DNA of 64,000 nt from an uncultured Muribaculaceae bacterium (lineage in GTDB: Bacteria > Pseudomonadota > Alphaproteobacteria > Rs-D84), in contig CAZPLT010000001.1 in the NCBI GenBank assembly GCA_964587855.1, positions 83,523 through 147,522 on the forward strand. Direction: 5' to 3'. The notes beneath the pieces were generated by a model. That model searched no databases. It worked only from the letters and a program-made list of their open reading frames with translations, and had not been told where the DNA came from. Shown piece by piece: positions 38,595 to 47,762 of this stretch. The translations under genes and the position numbers were made by a program. Each line of letters starts with the position of its first letter. Position 1 is the first letter of the stretch.

Positions 38595-40529
38595 TTATTT
38601 TAATGGGGGGTAGCATTCGCCGTCCGCTATCGCGCAGCATGCATAGCCATTCATACTTTCTACCCATCTAAAACTTTCCCCTGAGCAACAACCATTTTCA
38701 TCTGGGGCGTCGCCACTGGTGCATAATTGCGAAGAAACTGTATTATGTTCTTCATTGTAATTTGATGGACCATGTACTGGATATTCTGGTTTCAGTGGTA
38801 ATGTTATTGTTGATTTTTCATCTGGAACGGATATAACCTCTGGCTCTGGTTCTTGTACGGGTTCAGGCTCGGCAATTGGTGCGGGCATTGGTTCTGGTTC
38901 CGCCACAGGTTCTGGCATTGCGACTGGCGCGGGCATTGGTTCTGGTTCAATGACTGGCGCTGGTTGTGGTTCCGGTTCTGTGATAACTGGGACTGGCTGT
39001 GGTTGTGGTTTTACAATCGGTGCTGGCTGAGGCATGGGTTGTGGTGCCGGTTCCGCAACTGGTTCTGGCTGGGGCATTATAAATGCAGATTCATTTGTTT
39101 GTGGTGCTGGTGCGGTTTCTGTCGGAACATTTTCAGAAACGACACTGGGTTGCGCCAGATTTGGTGTTCCAGATTTATCCATTCTGGATTGATAAATAGA
39201 CAAAGTTAAAATGCAAAGTCCGATTAAAATAACCAACATTATATAATAAACAAAGCTGGGCTTTTTTGCCCCAACAGGTGGGTGCAAAACTGTAACATCA
39301 GGATTTGTTATTGGGGATGCGGGTCTTTCCATTTCAACCGGCGGCACCACTGGCGGAACGGTTGGTTCTGATAACTTTGCAATAGGCTGTTGTTGTGGTA
39401 CAGCAATAGTTTGCTGAGGCATATTCACAGGTATAGTTGTTGGTTCAGTCGTATTGATAACCGGTTCAACAACAGTTGGTTCAATCGGCTGTGGTGCAGT
39501 GAAAGTTATCGAATCGGGGGTTGTTGTGTTGTCTTCCGAATTTGTTTGCTTGATATTAAATTCTGTTGGATTAAATGAAGGTGTTTCAAATCCAATCGGT
39601 TGGAAAGCAATTTTATCATCTATTATTTCAGGATCTTTGTTAAACAAAGGTTTTGGTTCATCTGCCATTCTTGGCTCCTGTGATTTTTCTATATTTATTA
39701 AATCTTTGACGTTATTTGTCGCCTTTAATACATTGCGTGCTGCGGTTGAATCATTTCTTGCATCTTCCAGTCTTTTTTTTGCGCGACGCAATCTGGCCTT
39801 TGCCCGTTTTTCTTTTTCGTTTACTTTATCCATTTGGGATTGGACTTTTAATATTTTTGCTGCGGATTCTTTTGTTGGTTTTTTCCCAACTTCACTGCGT
39901 ATTTTGTTCAACTTTGTTTTCAAAGATTTGATATTAGAATGTAATTTAATCAGGGATTCTTCGGTTTTTTTAATGGTTTCGGTTGAAATCTCAATTTCAC
40001 GCATAGCAGCATTTAATCTGGCCTGGGCCAATTCTTGACCGACAGTTATTCTAAACTTATTTAAATTATCCAATGCATTATCTATGGTTCCACCTGTTTT
40101 ATAATCAGCAATAAGTTGCCCATAAACAGGCAATCCTGTATAATTTATATCCAGCTTTTGATATTTATTATTTTTCTTTGGACGGACGTCTTCCAAATCC
40201 ATTTTATAATCATTGCTTAAAATATCGTCCCATTTGCGCCCTTCCCGATCCGCAATTATCAATAATATATTCGGAGTGTTTTCGGTACGTGTTTCATCCA
40301 ACACAAATATAAGTTTGTGATCAGCATCATAAAAAGCAGAAAATTTATTTCCAGAGATGTTAAAAGATTCCGTCATAATTTTATCAGTATATTTAGAATT
40401 ATTGAAAGAAAATACAGGCATGTCAGAATCTGGCATGGTTGCGATATGTGTGCTAGAAAAATTTTCTCTCTCGTTATTTGCCATTTTTAAGACTTCTTTG
40501 GTGGTGGCATTTGGTATGCTGCGCGGCAA
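38595..40529 (-). CDS. Bitopic protein with PEPxPAP-type proline repeats and Cys-rich C-terminal domain
   Basis: ~430-aa N-terminal region with coiled coil (KLNKIRSEV...RAKARLRRAKKRLEDAR). Single TM (YYIMLVILIGLCILTLSIY). >15 Pro-rich degenerate repeats. C-terminal 10-Cys domain. Alternative start 40484. Confidence 0.55.
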   Translation of the reverse strand: MPRSIPNATTKEVLKMANNERENFSSTHIATMPDSDMPVFSFNNSKYTDKIMTESFNISGNKFSAFYDADHKLIFVLDETRTENTPNILLIIADREGRKWDDILSNDYKMDLEDVRPKKNNKYQKLDINYTGLPVYGQLIADYKTGGTIDNALDNLNKFRITVGQELAQARLNAAMREIEISTETIKKTEESLIKLHSNIKSLKTKLNKIRSEVGKKPTKESAAKILKVQSQMDKVNEKEKRAKARLRRAKKRLEDARNDSTAARNVLKATNNVKDLINIEKSQEPRMADEPKPLFNKDPEIIDDKIAFQPIGFETPSFNPTEFNIKQTNSEDNTTTPDSITFTAPQPIEPTVVEPVINTTEPTTIPVNMPQQTIAVPQQQPIAKLSEPTVPPVVPPVEMERPASPITNPDVTVLHPPVGAKKPSFVYYIMLVILIGLCILTLSIYQSRMDKSGTPNLAQPSVVSENVPTETAPAPQTNESAFIMPQPEPVAEPAPQPMPQPAPIVKPQPQPVPVITEPEPQPAPVIEPEPMPAPVAMPEPVAEPEPMPAPIAEPEPVQEPEPEVISVPDEKSTITLPLKPEYPVHGPSNYNEEHNTVSSQLCTSGDAPDENGCCSGESFRWVESMNGYACCAIADGECYPPLK

Positions 40530-41008
40530 TGTTCATAACAATATGGTTTGCCGGGAAAAACCTTGGCTCCACAAAAATGGAAATTTTCTGAATCTGGATT
40601 GCCAATTGGCCAACGACATTGGTCTGGTCTTAACATTGCCAATTCAACAGCGTGCTGAATCATATGTTGATGCGCGACCAGGTTTTTTTTGCTGGTTACA
40701 GTAGTTTTGTTTGCTGGGGCCTTTGGGGATGGCGCTGTGACTTTTTTAGTTTTTGCGGTATTAGCCGGAACTTTTTTAACATTATCTTTTTTTGCTGGTT
40801 TAACCTTTATAACAATTTCTTTCTTTGCAGGTGCTTTTTTATTAGCATTAGCAACAGATTTGTTGTTCCAGCCCAGGCGATTCAGTTTGCCTACAACGGC
40901 ATTTTTGGACATGCCGATTTTTTTGCCGATTTCAGAAGTGCTCATGCCCTTTTCTAGCAAGGCTTTCATTTTGTTTAAGGTTGCGGGGGTCCATCCGATA
41001 GATGCCAT
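40487..41008 (-). CDS. gcrA: GcrA cell-cycle regulator
   Basis: N-terminal W-T-x-x-x-x-x-x-L-x-x-L-W-x-x-G-x-S-x-x-x-I-x-x-x-x-G (MASIGWTPATLNKMKALLEKGMSTSEIGKKIG...NAVVGKLNRLGW). C-terminal CRWPIGNP...FHFCGAKVFPGKPYCYEH. Confidence 0.85.
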   Translation of the reverse strand: MASIGWTPATLNKMKALLEKGMSTSEIGKKIGMSKNAVVGKLNRLGWNNKSVANANKKAPAKKEIVIKVKPAKKDNVKKVPANTAKTKKVTAPSPKAPANKTTVTSKKNLVAHQHMIQHAVELAMLRPDQCRWPIGNPDSENFHFCGAKVFPGKPYCYEHCRAAYQMPPPKKS

Positions 41009-41089
41009 GATATTGCTCTCTGTTTATTATTTTCTTTTATTATTTATCAAATTGTAGCATAATTAAAAAAAGAAAAACAAGGGGAAAAA

Positions 41090-41533
41090 ATGTTAGCGAT
41101 TTTTATAATTTTATTACTAGCAGCAGTGTTTTGCGCGGCTATGATGTGCAAAAATGATTGGAAAAACAGAATAATACCAGATGTTTATCTTTTCCCTTTT
41201 ATGTTAATTGGGTTATTAGTGGTCACATTTTTCCCATGGTTCTTTGATTTTGGGGAATCTGTGATTGCCGGCACGATTGGTTATGGGCTGGGAATTATTA
41301 TGGGATTGCTGTTCAAAAAAAAGTCCCCCGAAGCTATTGGAATGGGCGATGTAAAATTGATGGCAGCTGGTGGTATATGGTTGGGCGCCAGCGGTTTGGC
41401 AGTTTCTTTGATAATATCTTGTGTTTTGGGCGGAGTATGGGGAATGCTTAAAAAACAAAAATTTATTCCATTTGCCCCTTTCTTTTTTATCGGCGCAATT
41501 TGTTCTTTAATAATAATGGGAATAATGATATAA
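41090..41533 (+). CDS. A24-family prepilin peptidase, CpaA/TadV-like (short form)
   Basis: Two catalytic-Asp contexts (IPDVY..., GMGDVKL). 5 TM. 147 aa. Confidence 0.55.
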   Translation: MLAIFIILLLAAVFCAAMMCKNDWKNRIIPDVYLFPFMLIGLLVVTFFPWFFDFGESVIAGTIGYGLGIIMGLLFKKKSPEAIGMGDVKLMAAGGIWLGASGLAVSLIISCVLGGVWGMLKKQKFIPFAPFFFIGAICSLIIMGIMI

Positions 41534-41546
41534 TTGACCAGAGAGA

Positions 41547-42641
41547 ATGAAAAAAGTATACGCTTTTTCAATGGCTGTTGCATGCTGGATAATCCCCGCT
41601 GGGATCGCATGCGCTACAGATTTCCCATTGTCCCAATACGGTCAGATTCAAAATGTCCAAAGCTATTCTTCTAACCCTTTTTATAATCCAGACAGCCCTT
41701 ATAATCAGCGCATGCCGACAGCAATTTATGCCCAGGGAACAGAATTAAATGCTGGGGAATGTCGCAATGTTGTTGATGTAATAGTCGGTGGATTATGCGC
41801 ACAACGTAATAATTGCGAAGGATTAAGTTTATCTGATATTCGTCCATCGGTGGTAATCCAATTATCAAATTTGACTGGACATAACTATGTTACGGCTTGT
41901 AATGGTTATATTCAACCATCATTTGAAGATTATATGAAAAATAACAGTGCGGTAAAAGTTACTGGCTTTCCATCGGCTTTTCCAACAGTTAATTCAACAC
42001 AAACAGAAAATTCATCCAGTGAATTGATTTTAAGTAATCCTTATGAATTGAAAAAAGCAGATTGGGAGAACAATAAAACTGCACGTCAAAATGAACTGCG
42101 TGCTTTACAAAGACAAAATGGTTCTGATGATGTAGCGTTGGCAGCAACAAAATTTCCAACAACTTATGCTGATTTATCTTTTACAGAAAGAATGGAAAAT
42201 GACCAGGCTGGATATGAACCATGGAAAGATGCCCAGGCTTATAAACCAATTAAAATAGAAGACGATGAAACAAGATATGAAAGAGAAAACGAACTCGCCC
42301 AACAACAATTAGAATTAGCAAAAAAACAAGATGAATTGTTACAGGTTACAAGTCAATGTACATGGTGTTATAACAATCAAACAAAATGTTATAATGATTT
42401 AGCCAAACAAGTTAATGATTTAAACAAGAGCAGAAAAGATAATGCTTGTTCAGAAAAGGTCTCTGGAACAGACACTTCATATATCGCACAAGATGTAGTC
42501 TCAGATGCTAAGTGCGGCTGGATTCTAAAAGATAATGTCAGAACGGTAACTTTAACCGACGCGGATTGTGGCACACCGTCTAATGGAAATAATACCGGAA
42601 ATGGTTCAAGTGATAATCCTATAGTTATTGATCTAGGGTAA
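41547..42641 (+). CDS. Secreted protein (364 aa), unknown
   Basis: Signal peptide. Cys pairs. Asn/Gln-rich. No domain recognised. Confidence 0.5.
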   Translation: MKKVYAFSMAVACWIIPAGIACATDFPLSQYGQIQNVQSYSSNPFYNPDSPYNQRMPTAIYAQGTELNAGECRNVVDVIVGGLCAQRNNCEGLSLSDIRPSVVIQLSNLTGHNYVTACNGYIQPSFEDYMKNNSAVKVTGFPSAFPTVNSTQTENSSSELILSNPYELKKADWENNKTARQNELRALQRQNGSDDVALAATKFPTTYADLSFTERMENDQAGYEPWKDAQAYKPIKIEDDETRYERENELAQQQLELAKKQDELLQVTSQCTWCYNNQTKCYNDLAKQVNDLNKSRKDNACSEKVSGTDTSYIAQDVVSDAKCGWILKDNVRTVTLTDADCGTPSNGNNTGNGSSDNPIVIDLG

Positions 42642-42643
42642 AA

Positions 42644-43741
42644 ATGAAAAAATATTTGAATATTTTTATTATATTCATTTTTATAGGCTGTTTTTATAGC
42701 GCTAGAAGTTATGGAGAAAATAATCCAACAAGTGCGTTTGAAGAATGTATGCAAAGGATACTTGCGGCTGATGATAATAAAAATGGCAAATCTGATTTTG
42801 CAGAAGAACTTGATAAACTGTTGGGAAATCCGAAAGATATAGAAAGTTTTACATCAGCTGCTAATTCAAAAGCCAATATAATAGCAGTTGCGATTACTGG
42901 TGCAGCATTTCATAAAGAAGATGGATTTTGTAATGATTTAATAATGAAAATTGCAAATGAGACAAAAGAATCATTTACCTTTGGATTAAAAAAGTTTGAT
43001 AAAACAGTACAATTTAAAATTAGTAAAAACAAGTTATTAGAACAATATAAAGTTGCGCTTGGAATACTTGTTGCGAATACTTCATCCTGGCAATATCCAA
43101 AAGTTATAGACAGAGATTATATTAGCGAAAAAACATGGGATAATGATTGCTCAGATTATTCATCTAAAAATCCATTTGATTCTGTTTATGATAGCGACCC
43201 TGTAAATATAGCTATGCAAAAAATAAAAGGTGACAGCGAAGAATATTTTATTGATGAACCAGAACATATGCACGCTTTCCCAGGATTGATAATAGAGGAT
43301 GTTACGTATCAAGATTTAGCTAATTTAGTTATTATGGATAATATTCCGATGGCAAAAGAGGAGATAACTAAATTTGCAACAAATGTAGCATCTTTATCTG
43401 GTGAATGCAAAGGGCATTATGCATATCTTGTATCGTATGTTGTCCCTGAAAAAATTAATACAGGGGTTGGACCTGGGCAAAGATGGGGAACAAATTTTGC
43501 CGTAGCCGGTATAACTGTAGCTGCTATTGGTGGTGCTACGGCTACTTGGGCTTCCGGTTCTCTTTTAGCGGGTATATTTGCTACAGCTGAAGTGTCTTCG
43601 GTAGTTCCAGTTGTTGGTTGGATAGTAGCAGCAGCATTAGTAGTAGTTGGTGGGGTTGTTGCCCTTGTTTCTTCTACGTCTACAGAAACTTTGGCAGATT
43701 TGCCACAAATGATGGTTGTAGATGGCCCATATCCATTATAA
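42644..43741 (+). CDS. Secreted protein with C-terminal Gly/Ala-rich hydrophobic segment (365 aa), unknown
   Basis: Signal peptide. C-terminal AGITVAAIGGATATWASGSLLAGIFA...VVGGVVALV (glycine-zipper-like). Confidence 0.5.
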   Translation: MKKYLNIFIIFIFIGCFYSARSYGENNPTSAFEECMQRILAADDNKNGKSDFAEELDKLLGNPKDIESFTSAANSKANIIAVAITGAAFHKEDGFCNDLIMKIANETKESFTFGLKKFDKTVQFKISKNKLLEQYKVALGILVANTSSWQYPKVIDRDYISEKTWDNDCSDYSSKNPFDSVYDSDPVNIAMQKIKGDSEEYFIDEPEHMHAFPGLIIEDVTYQDLANLVIMDNIPMAKEEITKFATNVASLSGECKGHYAYLVSYVVPEKINTGVGPGQRWGTNFAVAGITVAAIGGATATWASGSLLAGIFATAEVSSVVPVVGWIVAAALVVVGGVVALVSSTSTETLADLPQMMVVDGPYPL

Positions 43742-43789
43742 ATAATTATATAAATAATAAAAAACCGCCGAATTGGCGGTTTAATTTTT

Positions 43790-43863
43790 TGGTGCGGGCG
43801 GCGGGAATCGAACCCGCGTCTCGAGCTTGGAAGGCTTGCATTCTACCATTGGACTACGCCCGC
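43790..43863 (-). tRNA. tRNA-Gly (anticodon TCC)
   Basis: Reverse complement GCGGGCGTAGTCCAATGGTAGAATGCAAGCCTTCCAAGCTCGAGACGCGGGTTCGATTCCCGCCGCCCGCACCA. Anticodon loop CTTCCAA. Confidence 0.85.
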
Positions 43864-43876
43864 GATGCAAATTTTT

Positions 43877-43962
43877 TGGTGGGAGCGGTTGGAGTCGAAC
43901 CAACTCAAGCAAAGCTAACAGATTTACAGTCTGCCCCGGCTCTCCGACTCCGGCGCGCGCCC
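43877..43962 (-). tRNA. tRNA-Tyr (anticodon GTA), long variable arm
   Basis: Reverse complement GGGCGCGCGCCGGAGTCGGAGAGCCGGGGCAGACTGTAAATCTGTTAGCTTTGCTTGAGTTGGTTCGACTCCAACCGCTCCCACCA. Anticodon loop CTGTAAA. T-arm GTTGG-TTCGACT-CCAAC. C at position 8 and a C4.U69 acceptor mismatch are noted. Confidence 0.7.
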
Positions 43963-44017
43963 TAAAAATAAAAATAAAAAGACGAAAAAACGCTGTTGCG
44001 CTCTTTCGTCCAGATTT

Positions 44018-44093
44018 TGGCAGCCCCAACCGGAGTCGAACCGGTGTTCTCGCCTTGAAAGGGCGGTGTCCTGGGCCTCTAGACGATGGGGCC
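44018..44093 (-). tRNA. tRNA-Glu (anticodon TTC)
   Basis: Reverse complement GGCCCCATCGTCTAGAGGCCCAGGACACCGCCCTTTCAAGGCGAGAACACCGGTTCGACTCCGGTTGGGGCTGCCA. Very close to canonical bacterial tRNA-Glu. Confidence 0.85.
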
Positions 44094-44100
44094 AAAAATA

Positions 44101-44177
44101 TGGCGGGATTGACGGGGATCGAACCCGCGACCTTCTGCGTGACAGGCAGACGCTCTAACCAGCTGAGCTACAACCCC
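44101..44177 (-). tRNA. tRNA-Asp (anticodon GTC)
   Basis: Reverse complement GGGGTTGTAGCTCAGCTGGTTAGAGCGTCTGCCTGTCACGCAGAAGGTCGCGGGTTCGATCCCCGTCAATCCCGCCA. Confidence 0.9.
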
Positions 44178-44327
44178 AATTATCATCTTATGCTAATCCG
44201 TGGGATTAAAGATGAAGGCTCGCCAAGTTTATACTTTTCAATAATAAAAATCAAGGCTTTTTTTCATCTGGGTAAGAGCTGCTTGCCTCCCTGCTCTTTT
44301 TCGTGTTATAATAATTATTCAGAGAGA

Positions 44328-46169
44328 ATGAAAAAACAAATCGGATTTTTTGCAATTATTTTTTGCGCTGTTTTTTTAGTGTCTGGTTTTATTTATGCTG
44401 ATGATTTACAAACCCCGGATGTTCAGGGTATTGTTGATAGTATATCAACACCTAAAACTTCGGAAAATACTATTCAGGCAACATGTGCTCAACAAGTTTT
44501 TGCCCAGGCATTAATTGCAGATGCTGCATCGGTTAATGAAGACTCGCCCGAGGTCGATATCCAGGCATGGATATATAAAAATTTCCAAAGTCCCAATACA
44601 ATACAAAAAGTTTTGAATTGCACCGAAATAAGTCAATTGGCGGATGATGATACAATGACTGTTCCACCTGTAGAATATAGATTCCCAGCGGGGCGTAAAA
44701 TAGTTGTAAATTATGAAACCCAGCCGAAAATTTTAAAACAACGTTTATTAATTGCTAATAAGCGTGCAATCCCTTGTACTACCGATGATTGTATATCACC
44801 AAAAATTGGTGCGGCAAATGACCCAAATCTTTGGACCAATACCGAGCCAGCATGGTATGGAATTTTGGTTGTTCAAGCTGGCGCATTGGATCCTTATATT
44901 GGTGAAGAAAAAAATAATGTAATTGCATTAAAATATATAGAAGAAAACGTCGATATTTTTTATCCGCATAATTATAATAAAACTTTAATACATACTAATT
45001 CTGGTCCCAGATGTACTTCGCGCAGTGCTTTTGCAAATGACAGCGATATTGTAAATCTAGCAACAACTAAATCTGTCGGAATTGAATCTTATGGGGATGA
45101 AGATGGTGATGGGCAAAAAGATACAAATGATTACTATGTTGCAGGTGATGTTAACTTACAATGGGTTGCCTGGTCCGAGATTGCATTGGATGTTGTAATA
45201 ACCGTTGCAACAGTTGGCGGTGGAACAATATTAATTGGTGCAACCAAGGGTTTGCGAGCAGCCAAAGCAGCAAAAAATTTAGCTAAGAGCATAAAAGTTT
45301 TAAAAGAAGCAGATGCAGTTAAAGATTATATAAGTCTTGTAAATAAAGCGTCAAAAGCCGCAGAAGAATTAAAAGCTATAGACAAAGTAACAGATGCAGC
45401 TAAATGGGCCAAGAAATCAGATGAAATAAAAGATCTAGAAAAAACGATAAAAGAAACAGAAAAAGTAGGTGATGTAAAAAAATATAAAGAAGCAGTTTCG
45501 ACTTTCGGAAAGATACAAGATTTACGACGAGGAATGAAGGCTTGGAAAATACCACAACGTGGAAATGTTATTGCTCGTAGTTGGCGTGTAGCCAAGAATT
45601 TTACTAAATTATTAAGAAGTGGAAAAACAATAAGCAAGGCGGAACGAGTCGCTCGTGCTGGTATGAAATCCGGAAAACTTCGTAATTGGTTGTTTGTTAG
45701 CACCATGAAAAATGTGGGTCGTTTGGCAAGAATGGAACGACAAGCCGGAATACTTTATGGCGCTATGACACTTATTGAAGGGGCGTATGATTGGACCGAA
45801 ACTTCAACAGGGGAATTTTCTAGCAATATAGAATTAAAGCCATTTTGCTTATTATCAGCCGATGATTTGCCTGGTGGACAAGACAATATAGTTAATTATG
45901 GTATGTGGTTGATGTGGGCGGGGGATTCTTTGTCTGCCGAAGATGATGATGCGGCATTTTTACAAGCAATGGATTTTGCAAATAAATTCCACCAAGATAT
46001 GCAAGAAACTCAATATGAAGAAACCGAAAAAGGCCGCAGTAATAATGACATGTGTGATGTTGATATATTCGTTGTGCGACCAATCATCAAAAATCCAGAT
46101 TCAGATAATCCAGAACTTTATTATCTTATTATGAATGATGTTCCATGGAGTATTCGTACAGCTGAGTAA
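44328..46169 (+). CDS. Large secreted protein (613 aa), unknown; Lys-rich central coiled region
   Basis: The ORF-track 5' extension (43827-44327) runs antisense through the tRNA array and is spurious. Real start is MKKQIGFFAIIFCAVFLVSG after a GAGAGA RBS. Confidence 0.55.
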   Translation: MKKQIGFFAIIFCAVFLVSGFIYADDLQTPDVQGIVDSISTPKTSENTIQATCAQQVFAQALIADAASVNEDSPEVDIQAWIYKNFQSPNTIQKVLNCTEISQLADDDTMTVPPVEYRFPAGRKIVVNYETQPKILKQRLLIANKRAIPCTTDDCISPKIGAANDPNLWTNTEPAWYGILVVQAGALDPYIGEEKNNVIALKYIEENVDIFYPHNYNKTLIHTNSGPRCTSRSAFANDSDIVNLATTKSVGIESYGDEDGDGQKDTNDYYVAGDVNLQWVAWSEIALDVVITVATVGGGTILIGATKGLRAAKAAKNLAKSIKVLKEADAVKDYISLVNKASKAAEELKAIDKVTDAAKWAKKSDEIKDLEKTIKETEKVGDVKKYKEAVSTFGKIQDLRRGMKAWKIPQRGNVIARSWRVAKNFTKLLRSGKTISKAERVARAGMKSGKLRNWLFVSTMKNVGRLARMERQAGILYGAMTLIEGAYDWTETSTGEFSSNIELKPFCLLSADDLPGGQDNIVNYGMWLMWAGDSLSAEDDDAAFLQAMDFANKFHQDMQETQYEETEKGRSNNDMCDVDIFVVRPIIKNPDSDNPELYYLIMNDVPWSIRTAE

Positions 46170-46237
46170 TCAGTATTTATTCTTATTGTATTATTTGAAA
46201 ATATTTTCTATTATTATTTTGATAAAGAGGTTTTAGC

Positions 46238-46555
46238 ATGAAAAAAATATTTATTTTTGGATTATTGATAACAATTTGTGCATCTGCGGGTGCTTATACT
46301 CTTAAATCACAAAAAGAGTTAGGCAAAGATGATGCAAAAAATCAAAATATGGTTGTTCAGTGCACTACTACAAATGGCAAAGTATCAAGTCAAACCTGCC
46401 AATTACGTCGTTATGCAAAATGTAAAAAAACTTCATCAGGTAAGCAAAATTGCAGTGGATGGCAACAATGGCAAGATTTACGTAATCCTGGGGCTGGATA
46501 TTCTGATTGGCGCAAAGCAGCCGAAGCTTGCTGTCAATCCAAGGGGTTAAGATAA
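46238..46555 (+). CDS. Small secreted Cys-rich protein (105 aa)
   Basis: Signal peptide. 8 Cys. RBS aagagg. Confidence 0.5.
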   Translation: MKKIFIFGLLITICASAGAYTLKSQKELGKDDAKNQNMVVQCTTTNGKVSSQTCQLRRYAKCKKTSSGKQNCSGWQQWQDLRNPGAGYSDWRKAAEACCQSKGLR

Positions 46556-46584
46556 AAAATCCGCCATTTGGCGGATTTTTTAAC
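46554..46584. terminator. Bidirectional terminator
   Basis: A6-tccgcc-atttg-gcgga-T6 between convergent genes. Confidence 0.75.
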
Positions 46585-46599
46585 AATTTTATTGATTTA

Positions 46600-46950
46600 T
46601 TATCTGCTGTGAACAGCGGCTAAAGAATATATTTCAGCAAAGTCTTTTTCATCAATAGTGTTATGACTTTCAGGACTGGTTGAATCAGTTAAAGAATTAT
46701 TAATCTTACCGTTAACAAAATGGCGATCCTTTTTTGTAAAAATCTGCCCATTAAATTCAATAGTTGAACGTCCAAGTTTGTAATTCTCACGGATTTTCGC
46801 GATTTCTTTACCATTTTGCGATACTGAAAATATTTCTATATTGTCATCCCCCAGCTGTTTTACCTGCCCTTCTGTTATCGCTGTTATTAATAATTTTTTA
46901 ATACTTGCATCAAATATGGATTTCTTTCCAAAATTAGTTTTAATTTCCAT
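46600..46950 (-). CDS. Hypothetical protein (116 aa)
   Basis: ORF with no recognisable motif. Convergent on the terminator. Confidence 0.35.
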   Translation of the reverse strand: MEIKTNFGKKSIFDASIKKLLITAITEGQVKQLGDDNIEIFSVSQNGKEIAKIRENYKLGRSTIEFNGQIFTKKDRHFVNGKINNSLTDSTSPESHNTIDEKDFAEIYSLAAVHSR

Positions 46951-47033
46951 TTTTTTACCTCTTGTATATTTATATAATGTAATTATGGATTATTTACAGT
47001 GAATTTTCAATATAAATATGAAGTTATATCAAT

Positions 47034-47762
47034 CTATTGTACACTGGCATTTGATGGGAAGAAAGTCAGCTGAATAGTCTTCCATTTTTCATACTCATTT
47101 TCAGGAAGCATACTGAAAGGCTGACAGTTTGAAACGGCCGAGCGAATGGTTTCAAAAATGTATGCCATGGCCGGGTCGTTAGCGGCGGCGGATTCTTGTT
47201 CAAACCACAGACTTTGCACGAAGCCGCGTTGATTCATAGACAGATGTGCAACAGCGCGAATATTTTCAATCCCCGGATAGGTTTTATTAAATACCCAACA
47301 ACGTGTCATTGCAAAACGCAGTGCATCAACCACAGAAACTGTCATGGTGCGGTTCAAACTGGTTGTTTCACGATTAACACGAACAATAGTGGTTGCTTTT
47401 TGCGCATTTGGGGTTGGCTTGGTATCGGTTTTTTTAACCGGATCCGGCAAAGCAGTCATTTTTTCTATTTTTTTATCATCGTCCCCCAGTGGTTCAACTG
47501 GTTCAGGCTTTTTTTCTTGTTTTTTCTGTTGTTGTTCATCTTTTGGCAATTCGGGGGCTTCGGTATTAAATACAAGTGTTTCGTCGCCTTTTATTTCAAC
47601 ACGGGATAAATCTATATCATAAATTTGAACATGGTCAGACATAACAATCTGGTCCATAGGGTTCAATATTGCAAACGAAGTAATCATTATGGCAAGAATG
47701 CTCAAATGCCCCGCAACGGATGCCAATAAGTTTTCTGAAAAAAATGATTTTTTATTTTTCAA
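47034..47762 (-). CDS. tolA: TolA-like protein (N-terminal TM, charged linker, TolA/TonB-type C-terminal domain)
   Basis: Position downstream of tolQ-tolR. Single TM. Lys/Glu/Pro-rich linker (KDEQQQKKQEKKPEPVEP). Confidence 0.6.
   Translation of the reverse strand: MKNKKSFFSENLLASVAGHLSILAIMITSFAILNPMDQIVMSDHVQIYDIDLSRVEIKGDETLVFNTEAPELPKDEQQQKKQEKKPEPVEPLGDDDKKIEKMTALPDPVKKTDTKPTPNAQKATTIVRVNRETTSLNRTMTVSVVDALRFAMTRCWVFNKTYPGIENIRAVAHLSMNQRGFVQSLWFEQESAAANDPAMAYIFETIRSAVSNCQPFSMLPENEYEKWKTIQLTFFPSNASVQ

Noticed and set aside
39454-40038. 194-aa plus-strand ORF and other W/C/F-rich ORFs at 38853-39209
   Set aside because: They are antisense to the Pro-repeat protein. The G/W-rich translations are an artefact of the ggttctgg repeats.
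43618-44327. Track ORFs 43618-43965(+), 43781-44095(-) and the 5' 167 codons of 43827-46169(+)
   Set aside because: They run through or antisense to the four tRNA genes and are GC-rich only because of the tRNAs. The real CDS starts at 44328.
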